Origin: Verrucomicrobiota bacterium
GTDB lineage: Bacteria; Verrucomicrobiota; Lentisphaeria; Lentisphaerales; Lentisphaeraceae
Direction: 5' to 3'
DNA length: 64,000 bases
NCBI GenBank assembly: GCA_039798785.1
Contig: JBDKFG010000017.1
Coordinates: 1-64,000, forward strand
The notes beneath the pieces are model-generated. The model worked only from the letters and a program-made list of their open reading frames with translations, did not search any database and had not been told where the DNA came from. The position numbers and the translations under genes were made by a program. Shown here piece after piece: positions 25,077 through 34,235 of this stretch (position 1 is its first letter; the number at the start of each line of letters is the position of its first letter).

Positions 25077-28000
25077 TTAGCGGCTCCATTTGGCGACGAT
25101 CGCCTTGAGATCCACTTGGCCGCCCTGGGCGGAGAAGCTGGCTTGTTCGATGGCGCGGATGTCGGCGGAGGTGTCGGCCTTGTTGACTTCGGCGAGGCGG
25201 CGCAGCCAGGCGATGGTGTTGATGGCGCTGGGGGTGGCCGGGGGCAGGAGCGAGCTGTCGCTGACGGCGCTGATGGCGACGGGGCGGCGGCGGCGGCCGA
25301 AGAGCCAGAAGCCGAAGAGACTGAGGGCGGCGAGGCCGACGACGAGGGCGGCGTAGCCGCGGGGGCCTTGCACCGAAGTGGCGAGCTCGACTTTGGGGCC
25401 GCAATCGACGAGGTTGACGTCCTGGTAGCGGCGGGTGCTGACCTTGAAGCCGGGATGATCGATCTTGGGGAAGGCGAAGGATCGGCTCGAGGGGCCGGTC
25501 CAGGCGATTTCGCCCTGGCCGCTGGTTTCGCTGAAGATGATGACCGCGGTGTCATTGGATTCCGCCTTGGTGACGACCCGTTGCGAGCTCAGGCCTTTGC
25601 CGCCCCAGGTCCATTCGGCGGGGGTTTTTAGCAGTTCGGCGGGGTCAGGGAGGAGGCCTTCGCCCTTCATCCGGACTTCCAGGATGAGTTTGCCTTCAGC
25701 CAGTTTGCGATCGTCGAGGATCATTTCGATTTCGCCTTTGGCGAAGGGGCGGGGGGCGGCCTTGGCGGCGTTGACGATTTCGGCGGAGGAGAGGACGGGG
25801 AGGACGATGGGCATGCCGCGATCGGTGAAATCGAGATCGATCTGGATCGAGGGGATGCGGTCGACGGCGGCGTCGGTGGCGGCGAGGCGGACGTAGGCGA
25901 GGGGGGTGTCGCGCCAGGAGGGGTCCTGGGTGGGGCGGGAGCGGACGCCGGCGGGCATCCAGGTGATCGAGGCGACTTCGAACTGGCGCTTCAGGGCGCG
26001 GCGGATGTTGTTGTTGAAGTTGGCGCGGTAGGGCACCGGCGGCTGGCCGTAGGAGAGCTGCGGCCCGTTTTCTTCGATGAAGCGGGCGAAGCCCTTGGCT
26101 TCGCGTTCGATGGCGGCGCTGTGGCGGAGTTTGAGGAAGATGCCGAACTCCTTGCCTTTGCCGATTTCGGCGGGGCCGTCGACTTCGGCGACGAGTTTGA
26201 TTTCCTGCAGCAGTTCGCGGTAGGTGGCGAGCTTGGTGTTGAGGTTTTTGATGGCGTCATCCTGGCCGAGGAGTTCTTCGGCGGCTTCGAGGAAGGGCAT
26301 GCGGGTGTGCGGCTTGAGTTTGTCCCAGGTGGCGCTGAGCCAGGCGCCGAGCTGGCTGGTGGCGGCGTTTTTCTGGGCGGCCGGCAGGGCGGCGATCTGT
26401 TGCTTGAGCAGCTCGATCTGGCTGAGCGAGCGGATCGAGGCGGCGCTGAGGCCGCTCAGGTCGGAGGCGCCGAGGAGGCAGGAGAACCAGGTGGCGCTGG
26501 CGCTGATGTCGCCTTTGGCGAGGCCGTCTTTGGACGCCGCAGCAAAGAGGGCGAAGGATTCGTCGCGGCGGCGGGTGTATTCCTCGAAGGTGATGAGCTC
26601 GCTGCGATGGGCGAATTCGGCGCCGTCGAAGCGGACCGAAGCGGCGGCGAGGCGGAGCTTGGCGGCGGCGGGATTGGCGGCGGCGAGGGTGTCGAGGAGC
26701 TTGCCGAGGCTGACATAAGTGGCCGATACTTCGGCCTTGACATCTTCTTCGTTGCGTCCCGTTTGGCCGAACATCTGCAAACGGGCGGCTTTTTCGGGAT
26801 TGAGCCACTCGTTCTTGATCTGATCCATGGTCTGCTGGTAGAGCGCCAGAGAAACTTCGGCGGGCAGGGTTTTGGGATCGGGGAAGACGGTGAGGAAGTC
26901 TTCGCTCTTCATCAATTCTGCGGTGGAGAAGCAGGAGAGGAAGGCGCGAGCCTGGAGCATCGGGGCGATCTGGATCTGGTTCTGGCGGCAGGCTCCGAGA
27001 GTGCGGCCGAGTTTCTGCAGGTTTGCGACCTGGCGGGCCCGGGTCAGAGGGATGGCGTCCGTGTTGCGGCTGCGGCCGAATTGATCGCTTGTCGGCGCGG
27101 GACGGATGCTGCGCATCCATTCCTCCAGGATGGAGCTGACGGCCTGGTCGATGTCGACGCCGAAGTCAGAACGGAGGGCGACCAGCTCGGCGAAGGATTT
27201 GTCGTCGAAGTTTTCCTGACGCAAGGCGCATTGGAGATATTGGAAACGCAGCAGCGGATCGGCGCCATCGAGTTTCGGGGCGAGATTGCTGAGTTCGGCG
27301 TAGGGGGTGGTGGTCTGGGCTTTGGGCTGGCTGCGGCCGTAGCGGTCGGGGACCTGGGCGGCCGCGGCGGCGATGGCGCTGCGATGCTGTTGGAAGTGAG
27401 CCTGCCAGAGGCGGACGTAGAGATCTGCCAAGGGAGGGACCTGGGCGCAGAAGGCTCGCAGATTGGCGAGAGCGGCGAGCCGCTTGGGTAAATCGTTTTC
27501 GGCGAGGCTGGCCTTGCCGGTCTCTTCGATGATTTTCACCAGTTCGAGGAGGTCAGCGGAGCGACAGGAAACGTATTCGGCCCAATCGGCGGCTCCTTCA
27601 GCGCGGCAGGTGTTGATGAGGGCGAGGAGCAGGGGTTTCGCGGCGGCGGCGCCGTCGGGCTGGAGACGGAGGGCGGCGAGGGCGAGGCGGGAGACCAGGG
27701 CGTCGCGGCCGTCGGCCTGGCAGAGGGCGATCCAAGCGGCGAAGACGGCGGCGTCCTGGATGGAGGCGAGTTCGGTTTCGGCGGGAACGAGGGCGGTGGC
27801 CTCGGTTTTGGCACCGAGCTGGAGGAGGAGGCTGGCGCAGTTCAGGCGGCCCTGACCGGAGAGGCTGGCGCCGAGGCGGGCGAGCTCGTCGCGGTAGGAG
27901 AGAGTGGGGAGCCCCTGAGTTTCCGCGGTCTTGATCAGATCGGCGAGTTTCGGCAGCTCGGCCAAGGGCAGCTCTGAAGCGAGTTTGGCGCAGCGGGCAG

Positions 28001-28199
28001 GGCCGAGCAGACGCAGCAGCAGCGGGTCTTGTTTGAGAGGGACGGCGAGTTTGGCGAAGTGAGCGGTGGCGCCAGCCGTGCCGGGGCCGGCCTCGACCAT
28101 TGACTGCACTTCTTCGCTGCGTTGACGCTGGCTCGCGAGACCTTCGGCGGCGCTGGCGGCGAAGGGGAGGATCATAGCGGCGGTGACGAGGTTCTTCAT
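25077..28199 (-). CDS. Large exported helical protein with C-terminal TM anchor (last gene of the Bat-like operon)
   Basis: 1040 aa; signal peptide; C-terminal TM followed by RRRR; operon position. Confidence 0.7.
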   Translation of the reverse strand: MKNLVTAAMILPFAASAAEGLASQRQRSEEVQSMVEAGPGTAGATAHFAKLAVPLKQDPLLLRLLGPARCAKLASELPLAELPKLADLIKTAETQGLPTLSYRDELARLGASLSGQGRLNCASLLLQLGAKTEATALVPAETELASIQDAAVFAAWIALCQADGRDALVSRLALAALRLQPDGAAAAKPLLLALINTCRAEGAADWAEYVSCRSADLLELVKIIEETGKASLAENDLPKRLAALANLRAFCAQVPPLADLYVRLWQAHFQQHRSAIAAAAAQVPDRYGRSQPKAQTTTPYAELSNLAPKLDGADPLLRFQYLQCALRQENFDDKSFAELVALRSDFGVDIDQAVSSILEEWMRSIRPAPTSDQFGRSRNTDAIPLTRARQVANLQKLGRTLGACRQNQIQIAPMLQARAFLSCFSTAELMKSEDFLTVFPDPKTLPAEVSLALYQQTMDQIKNEWLNPEKAARLQMFGQTGRNEEDVKAEVSATYVSLGKLLDTLAAANPAAAKLRLAAASVRFDGAEFAHRSELITFEEYTRRRDESFALFAAASKDGLAKGDISASATWFSCLLGASDLSGLSAASIRSLSQIELLKQQIAALPAAQKNAATSQLGAWLSATWDKLKPHTRMPFLEAAEELLGQDDAIKNLNTKLATYRELLQEIKLVAEVDGPAEIGKGKEFGIFLKLRHSAAIEREAKGFARFIEENGPQLSYGQPPVPYRANFNNNIRRALKRQFEVASITWMPAGVRSRPTQDPSWRDTPLAYVRLAATDAAVDRIPSIQIDLDFTDRGMPIVLPVLSSAEIVNAAKAAPRPFAKGEIEMILDDRKLAEGKLILEVRMKGEGLLPDPAELLKTPAEWTWGGKGLSSQRVVTKAESNDTAVIIFSETSGQGEIAWTGPSSRSFAFPKIDHPGFKVSTRRYQDVNLVDCGPKVELATSVQGPRGYAALVVGLAALSLFGFWLFGRRRRPVAISAVSDSSLLPPATPSAINTIAWLRRLAEVNKADTSADIRAIEQASFSAQGGQVDLKAIVAKWSR

Positions 28200-28251
28200 G
28201 ACTGGCTCTCTGCTCGGTTGTTAAATTCTTAATTTCGTAATTCGTAATTGC

Positions 28252-29010
28252 TCAGGATCCCGGTCCGCTGGGGCGGCGGCCGGTGCCGCGTCCGTCCTTC
28301 GGCGGACCCTTGCCTTCGCCCTCGCCGGGCTTGCCATCGTCGGCGGGTTCACCTTCACCCTCGCCTTGGCCCTGGCCTTCGCCGGGGTCCTGGTTTTCCG
28401 GCAGGGGCAGGCCTTTGAGTTTTTTCAGGTCGACCCGTTCGAGCCAGAGGCAGGCTTCGAGGTTGAACTGCAGTTCGGCGTCGGTGGATTTTTGATCGAG
28501 TAGGTAGCTGGCGTTTTGGCGGCCGACCTGGAGTTCGCGGAGCCAGTCATGGCGGCTGCGTCCCTGGGTGCGCATCAGCCAGGCGGTGGCGTGTTGGGCT
28601 CGGATGAGGTGGCTGCGGGCTTCGCTGGCGAGTGCCTGCCAGATCGGATCGGCGCCCGGCAAGGCAGCCTGCTGTTCGGCATGGCGGAGGGCCTCGTCGA
28701 GCGCGGCGGCGTTGGCCGAAGTGCTGCTGCTTTTCCACAGGGATTGCGCCTGGCGCAAGTGCACCAGGGTGCGTTCTTCCTTGTGGCGGACGGGGTCGAG
28801 TCCGGAGAGGGCTTGTTTGCGGAGTTTTTCGGCCTCTTCGTGACGTGCCGGCGGCAGAGCTTCGGCTTCGTCGAGGCGGGCCAGGGCGACATCGCGGGCG
28901 AGCAGGCTCTGGCCTTCGCTGAAGTGATAGATGGCGGCGAAAATCGGCAGGCAGCACCAGACAAAAAGCAGGCTGTGACGATGGCGGTGGCTGAAGGAGT
29001 CGGGCTTCAT
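28252..29010 (-). CDS. Hypothetical membrane-anchored protein (BatC-position)
   Basis: N-terminal TM, helical body, G/E-rich low-complexity tail; overlaps the upstream vWA stop. Confidence 0.6.
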   Translation of the reverse strand: MKPDSFSHRHRHSLLFVWCCLPIFAAIYHFSEGQSLLARDVALARLDEAEALPPARHEEAEKLRKQALSGLDPVRHKEERTLVHLRQAQSLWKSSSTSANAAALDEALRHAEQQAALPGADPIWQALASEARSHLIRAQHATAWLMRTQGRSRHDWLRELQVGRQNASYLLDQKSTDAELQFNLEACLWLERVDLKKLKGLPLPENQDPGEGQGQGEGEGEPADDGKPGEGEGKGPPKDGRGTGRRPSGPGS

Positions 29011-30005
29011 GAGGCGGTCTCCGGACGGCGGCAGCCGAAGAGGCTGAGCAAGGGGAAGGAGAAGGCGAGGAGGCAGGCGCCGAAAAGGGAAAGAGCGATG
29101 CCCCAGAAGCGGCGGTCGAAGTTCAGATCGCTATCCTTTTCCGGGTTCTGGGCGAGGCCACCGAGCAGGGCGGTGGGGATGAGCTGCTGGTTGGTGTCGG
29201 CGTAAGCGGCGGCGTAACGCGAGGCCACCTGGCGGAGCGAATTGGCGTCCTGGCGGGATTGATGGCTGTCGAGGAAGACGCCGGAGGCCGAGCCGACACC
29301 GGCGATGATGATCTGCTCCACCGCCTCGGGTTTCATGGGGAGCTTGTCGAGAGCGACGGTGTCGCCGTCGGTGATCAGCAGCACCGTGGTCGAAGCACGC
29401 GGCCACTTCTTCAACTTGGCCAGGTCGAAGGCGGCCTCGACCCCTTTGACCACATCGGTCTTGCCGGGAGTGAAGGCGATGTCGAGTTTGCACGACATCA
29501 GGTTGAGGAGGACATCGCGGTCGTTCGATTCGGTCAGGACGGGTCGGGCTTCGGTGTAGAAGGCGACGAGGGAGCAGAGCAGGTCTTTGCGTTCGATGCG
29601 TTCGAGGACGGAGCGCAGCACTTCGGTGGCGCGCATGTAGCGCGCCGATTTGCCGTCTTGCCCGGCGTCTTCGAGGCCCATCGAGGGCGACACGTCGAGG
29701 AGGACGAGGAGGTGGCGGCTCTGCTGTGGATCGGGCTTGGGCGGACGGCTGTCGACGGTGATCTTGTCTCGTTCCTGGAGGAGGGGGGAAAGGCTGAGCA
29801 GGGTGAGGAGTCCCCAGGCGACGGCGGCTGCGCCGGCGACGCGGAGGAAGGGGACGGTGCGGGTCCAGGTCGCGGCTTTTTCTCCGTGGGGGAAGGCGAG
29901 GCGGGCGAGGCGTCTGGTTCTGCCGGCGTGGATCATTTCGGCGGCGGCGGTGATGGCCGCGGCCAGGAGGGCGCCGAGGAGGGCGTGTGCGGCGGTGATC
30001 ACCAT
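29007..30005 (-). CDS. vWA domain membrane protein (BatB-like)
   Basis: MIDAS LDVSPSM, LITDGD; N- and C-terminal TMs. Confidence 0.85.
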   Translation of the reverse strand: MVITAAHALLGALLAAAITAAAEMIHAGRTRRLARLAFPHGEKAATWTRTVPFLRVAGAAAVAWGLLTLLSLSPLLQERDKITVDSRPPKPDPQQSRHLLVLLDVSPSMGLEDAGQDGKSARYMRATEVLRSVLERIERKDLLCSLVAFYTEARPVLTESNDRDVLLNLMSCKLDIAFTPGKTDVVKGVEAAFDLAKLKKWPRASTTVLLITDGDTVALDKLPMKPEAVEQIIIAGVGSASGVFLDSHQSRQDANSLRQVASRYAAAYADTNQQLIPTALLGGLAQNPEKDSDLNFDRRFWGIALSLFGACLLAFSFPLLSLFGCRRPETAS

Positions 30006-30919
30006 GGGGTGTACCTCAGGCCGAGGAGTTGGATCAGGCAGAGCAGGAGGGCGACGAGTCCGGCGAGGGCGAAGGGGGCAAAGTTGTCTTCTTCTTGCGG
30101 CACCAGGGATTTGAAGCGGCTGGTCTCGGCGGCGTCGATGCGGCGGAAGACGTCTTTGAGGGCGCGCGGATCGGCAGCGGCGTAGCAGAGGCCGCCGGTG
30201 TTGGTGCAGAATCTGGCGAAGTCAGGGCCGGGGCTGCCGGCGCCGATGAAGACGCCGTGCACGGTGATCTTGTTGTCCTTCAGCTGCCGAACCAAGGGAT
30301 CGGCGGAGCCGCCGCTGATGTCGCTGGAATCGCCGTCGGAAACCAGGATGACGATGCGGTCGCCGTCCTTTTGTTTGATCAGCTGCTGGCGGCAGCCTTC
30401 AACCGCTTTGGCGATGCTGGTGCCGCCGAACCAGTCGGGCATCTTTTTCGGGTCGAGCAGAGCAGCGCTCTGCGCCAGGGCCTGGGTGTCGGCGGTGACC
30501 GGGATCCAGTGCCAGAATTCGCTGCCGAAGACGGTGAGGCCGAAGGAGTCGCCTTCCCGGGTCTGGCAGAAGCTGTTGAGGGCGATCACGGCGTGATCGA
30601 AGCGCCTCTTGTCGCCGAGAGGCGCGTTCATCGAGCCCGAGACATCGAGGCAGAAGAGGATGTTCTTGACTTCCCTTTCCTGGGCCGGGATGCCGCGGCG
30701 CACCGGTCCGGCGGCAATCAGGAGGGCGCAGGCCAGCAGGAGCCAGGGAGCACAGGCGAAAAGCGACAGAATGACTTGCGCTCTGCGACCTTTCCCTTGT
30801 CCGGCGTGGTCGAAGGGGATGACGACGAGATGGCCTTTGGCGAGGAAGGCACGAAAAATCCCGGCCAGAGGAATAACCAGCAGAGCGAGAAGCCAGGGAT
30901 GATGGAAGCCGAGAGTCAT
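29999..30919 (-). CDS. vWA domain membrane protein (BatA-like)
   Basis: F.HPW.LALL, LDVSGSM, GTSI, LVSDG. Confidence 0.87.
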   Translation of the reverse strand: MTLGFHHPWLLALLVIPLAGIFRAFLAKGHLVVIPFDHAGQGKGRRAQVILSLFACAPWLLLACALLIAAGPVRRGIPAQEREVKNILFCLDVSGSMNAPLGDKRRFDHAVIALNSFCQTREGDSFGLTVFGSEFWHWIPVTADTQALAQSAALLDPKKMPDWFGGTSIAKAVEGCRQQLIKQKDGDRIVILVSDGDSSDISGGSADPLVRQLKDNKITVHGVFIGAGSPGPDFARFCTNTGGLCYAAADPRALKDVFRRIDAAETSRFKSLVPQEEDNFAPFALAGLVALLLCLIQLLGLRYTPW

Positions 30920-30974
30920 GAGGAACCGAGTAAAGGGGTAAGGAGGTTAAGAGGTAAATGAGGAGGAAGGGTTG

Positions 30975-31085
30975 TTTTGAATCTTGAATCTTGAATCCGG
31001 AGCTCATCGCTCCTTCTTGAATCTTGAATCTTGAATCCGGAGCTCATCGCTCCTTCTTGAATTTTGAATCTTGAATCTTGAATTT
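30975..31085. repeat. TCTTGAA heptamer array with 40-bp higher-order duplication
   Basis: (TCTTGAA)n interrupted twice by CCGGAGCTCATCGCTCCT (at 30997 and 31037). Confidence 0.85.
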
Positions 31086-31255
31086 TATTTCCGTTTCCCC
31101 GGTCCCAGTGTGGCGGAACCGGCTTTGCGGAGCGTTTCGGGCTCGGGGGGAGGCATGGCTTTGGCGGCGTTGAGATCGGAGCGCATCTTGTTGAAGAGCG
31201 GGCGCAGAAGACCTTGCGAAACCGTGGCGGCCAGAGTTAAGGTTTTGCGTTTCAT
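31085..31255 (-). CDS. Small basic hypothetical protein (56 aa, below the ORF-track cutoff)
   Basis: MKRKTLTLAATVSQGLLRPLFNKMRSDLNAAKAMPPPEPETLRKAGSATLGPGKRK; ATGA overlap with the upstream stop; AGGAG upstream. Confidence 0.45.
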   Translation of the reverse strand: MKRKTLTLAATVSQGLLRPLFNKMRSDLNAAKAMPPPEPETLRKAGSATLGPGKRK

Positions 31256-32037
31256 GAGATGTTCTCCTGGAGTTTGCGGCGGCAGAGGGTTTCGAGATCG
31301 CGGCTGAGGGACAAGGTTTCGGCCTGGCCGTCGGGGCGGTGCAAGGCGGCTTCGAGTTGAGCCAGGATCGGCCCGGCTTCGGGGTCGGCGCGGAAGCGCG
31401 GGAAGAGCTGATCCAGTGCCAGCCCCGGGTGTTCACTGGCGGCGAGGGCGAGGAAACGCATTTCGAGGCGGCGCCAATCGTCCGGGCCGCAACAGGATTG
31501 GAGACTGGTCAGGAGCAGCTTCCATGGCGACACGGCGGGGGCGGCGGGGAGGGGGGCGGCGACGCGGCGGCGGCGGTAAAGCTTGACCCAGATCAGAAGC
31601 AGACCGGCAAGCCAGAGGAGGCCGGCAGCGATCAGGGTCGGGCGGTACCAGGCGACAAAGCCAATCTGCGATTCAGCGGGCGGCAGGGGCTGGCCATGGA
31701 AATCGGCAGGCAGGCGGGAGATGGCTTTGACGGCAAATTTCGCTTTGCCGGAGGGAGGAGCTTGAGCAGAATCGAGAAGGAACTGCGCCAGATCGTATTC
31801 ACCGGCTTCGAGGACGGTGAAGGCGACCCGGTAGCGATGGCCGGAACCGTCTTTTTTCGCCTCGATGAGGCGCAGCAGGACGGGTGCGCGCTCATCCTTG
31901 GGGGCCGCGTGGCGGAGTTCGCCGGAAAGGAGAATTTCGGCTTCGACGACGCGGCCGATGTCGACGCTGCGGGCTTCCTCTGCGGCGACCGCAAAGAGGC
32001 TGGTCAGGAGAGTGAAAAGGAAGATGGCACGGCGCAT
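31252..32037 (-). CDS. Exported/membrane protein of the Bat-like operon
   Basis: Signal peptide, beta-rich domain, TM followed by RRRR; coupled to DUF58. Confidence 0.65.
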   Translation of the reverse strand: MRRAIFLFTLLTSLFAVAAEEARSVDIGRVVEAEILLSGELRHAAPKDERAPVLLRLIEAKKDGSGHRYRVAFTVLEAGEYDLAQFLLDSAQAPPSGKAKFAVKAISRLPADFHGQPLPPAESQIGFVAWYRPTLIAAGLLWLAGLLLIWVKLYRRRRVAAPLPAAPAVSPWKLLLTSLQSCCGPDDWRRLEMRFLALAASEHPGLALDQLFPRFRADPEAGPILAQLEAALHRPDGQAETLSLSRDLETLCRRKLQENIS

Positions 32038-32888
32038 CAGAGTCTCCTCCGGCCGGCGCTGTCGCGCGATTTGAGGAAGTGGCGGAGCTTGGCGAGGAAG
32101 GGCAGGTCGGTGCGCAATAGGAGCGAATCAATGCCGCCGCGGCGGAGTTGATCCATCACTTTTGAACTGTCCAGCCAGGTGCTCGAGCCTCTGGCGACAA
32201 AGCTGGCGCCGGTTTCGGCTTCGCGGGCGTGGAAGAAACCGCCGCCGAGGCGGCCTTCCTCCGCAGGGTCTTGCATCAAGAGGCAGATGACTTCGTGCTG
32301 CGCTGCCATGCGGCGCAGGGCGCTCACCGACTCTGGCTCGTGCAGATCGGAAATGACCAGGACGATCGACTTGTTGTGCAGCTTGGCCTCGAGCGAGCGC
32401 AGGGTGCCGGCGAGGTCGGTGCCTTCCTGCAGATCGGCGTGGCGGAGTTCGCCGGCCCAGGTCATGACTTCGGCTTTGGAGAGCGAGGGTTCGAGGTGGA
32501 GTTTGCGGCTGCCGCAACCCATCAGGCCGACCGGGCTCATGCGCTCGATGGCGACCAGTCCGAGGCCGGTGGCGAGCTGCACACCCCAGGCGAACTTGCT
32601 CATCTTGGTCGACTTCACCGCCATCGAGGCCGAGGTGTCGAGGACGATGTAGATCGGCGTCTGTTTCGGCGATTCGTATTCCTTCACGTGGGTCTTGCCG
32701 CTGCGCGCCGTGATCCGCCAGTCGATCGCCTTCACCGCATCGCCGGGCTGGTACAGCCGCGACTGGACGTAGTCGATCCCCGAGCCGAGGAAGGGCGACA
32801 GGTCGGCGCCATAGCAAAGCGCGTCCGCCAGCCGCTTGACGGCGAGGGCGAATTGCTTCGGTTCAAGGTGGTCGTGGGCGGGTTTCAA
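32037..32888 (-). CDS. DUF58 domain protein
   Basis: GSG.DY..SRLYQPGD..KAIDWRITAR, VKEYE, LDTSASM, ISD. Confidence 0.92.
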   Translation of the reverse strand: MKPAHDHLEPKQFALAVKRLADALCYGADLSPFLGSGIDYVQSRLYQPGDAVKAIDWRITARSGKTHVKEYESPKQTPIYIVLDTSASMAVKSTKMSKFAWGVQLATGLGLVAIERMSPVGLMGCGSRKLHLEPSLSKAEVMTWAGELRHADLQEGTDLAGTLRSLEAKLHNKSIVLVISDLHEPESVSALRRMAAQHEVICLLMQDPAEEGRLGGGFFHAREAETGASFVARGSSTWLDSSKVMDQLRRGGIDSLLLRTDLPFLAKLRHFLKSRDSAGRRRL

Positions 32889-33062
32889 GATTCAAAATTC
32901 CAGATTCAAAATTCAAGAAGGAGCGGCGGAGCGGCGGATTCAAGATTCAAGATTCAAGAGGGAGCGGCGGAGCGGCGGATTCAAGATTGTTAAATTTTGA
33001 ATCTTTAATCTTGAATTGAGCTGTCGTTCTTCTTGAATTTTGAATCTGGAATTTTGAATTTT
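32884..33062. repeat. Inverted heptamer arrays (TTCAAGA)n ... (TCTTGAA)n
   Basis: Heptamer runs on both sides, with GGAGCGGCGGAGCGGCGG occurring twice. Confidence 0.85.
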
Positions 33063-33065
33063 CAT

Positions 33066-34043
33066 TCACCCCAGCTTCGCGATCAGTTGCTTGAGGATGT
33101 CGCGTCCGGAGCGGCCTTCGGCGACGGCTTCGTAGCTGAGGCGGATGCGGTGCAGCAGGACGTCCTGGGCGAGGGCGAAGAGGTCTTCGGCGGAGGCGTA
33201 GTCGCGTCCGTGGATGAAGGCTCGGGCGCGAGCGGTCTGGGCGAGGGCGAGGCCGGCGCGGGGGCCGGCGCCCATCTCGAGCGACTCGTGGGTGCGGGTG
33301 AGGCGGACCAGCTCGACCATCGAGCGGGTGAGGGCTTCGCTGAGGTGGACCTGGGTGACGCCCTCCATGGCGGCGACGAGGTCTTCCATCGAGCCGGCGG
33401 GGCCTTCCTTGCCGATCAGGTCGTAGGCCGATTGCGGCATGGCGGTGCCGTCGGCCTGGCGGGTGAGTTTGAGCTTCATCTGTTGCGCGACGATGCCGAA
33501 TTCGTCTTCGGCGCTGGGGTAGGCGAGGCGATGGCACATCATGAAGCGGTCGAGCTGGGCTTCCGGCAGTTCGAAGGTGCCCGACTGCTCGACCGGGTTC
33601 TGGGTGGCGATGACGAGGAAGGGGGAGGGGAGCTTGAAGGTCTGGCCGCCGATGGTGACGCGGCGTTCCTGCATCGCCTCGAGGAGAGCGCCCTGGACCT
33701 TCGGGGCGGCGCGGTTGATCTCGTCGGCGAGCAGCAGGTTGGTGAAGATCGGGCCCTTGTGGACGCGGTATTCGCTGCTTTTCTGGTCGAGGATCTCCGA
33801 GCCGAGGATGTCGGCGGGCAACATGTCGATGGTGAACTGGACGCGGCCGAACTTCAGGTCGACGGCTTTGGCGACAGTGTTGACCAGAAGCGTCTTGGCC
33901 AGGCCGGGCATGCCTTCGAGGAGGAGGTGGCCGCCGGTGAAGAGAGAGATCAAGACGCGCTCGACCACTTCTTGCTGGCCGACGACGACGTGGCCGACCT
34001 GGGTGCGGACCTTGGAGATGAATTCCTGGGAGGACTGAGACAT
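33066..34043 (-). CDS. MoxR family AAA+ ATPase
   Basis: GHLLLEGMPGLAKT, RVQFT.D.LPAD, LADEINRA, ATQNPVEQ.GTF.LPEAQLDRF. Confidence 0.95.
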   Translation of the reverse strand: MSQSSQEFISKVRTQVGHVVVGQQEVVERVLISLFTGGHLLLEGMPGLAKTLLVNTVAKAVDLKFGRVQFTIDMLPADILGSEILDQKSSEYRVHKGPIFTNLLLADEINRAAPKVQGALLEAMQERRVTIGGQTFKLPSPFLVIATQNPVEQSGTFELPEAQLDRFMMCHRLAYPSAEDEFGIVAQQMKLKLTRQADGTAMPQSAYDLIGKEGPAGSMEDLVAAMEGVTQVHLSEALTRSMVELVRLTRTHESLEMGAGPRAGLALAQTARARAFIHGRDYASAEDLFALAQDVLLHRIRLSYEAVAEGRSGRDILKQLIAKLG

Positions 34044-34235
34044 GAATGACCTGTGGGTTTGTGATTTCCGAATGAATATGCCCAATCAACGATGTGGACG
34101 AGGTATTTCTGTTCTGATGTTGAAAATGAAGTCATTCCCGGCGAAAGTGAAGTTTTGGACATGGGGGCGACGCTCTGTGGCTCTGTGGCATCGCCATTTT
34201 CACCAATCGGGAAGCGTGCTAGATTCGGCGCCACC

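Noticed and set aside
30975..31085. Mini-CRISPR
   Set aside because: The spacers are identical and the repeat is a heptamer run; it is a tandem duplication
34044..34235. SAM riboswitch upstream of metX
   Set aside because: No SAM-I/II/IV consensus elements recognisable by eye; an Infernal/Rfam scan would settle it
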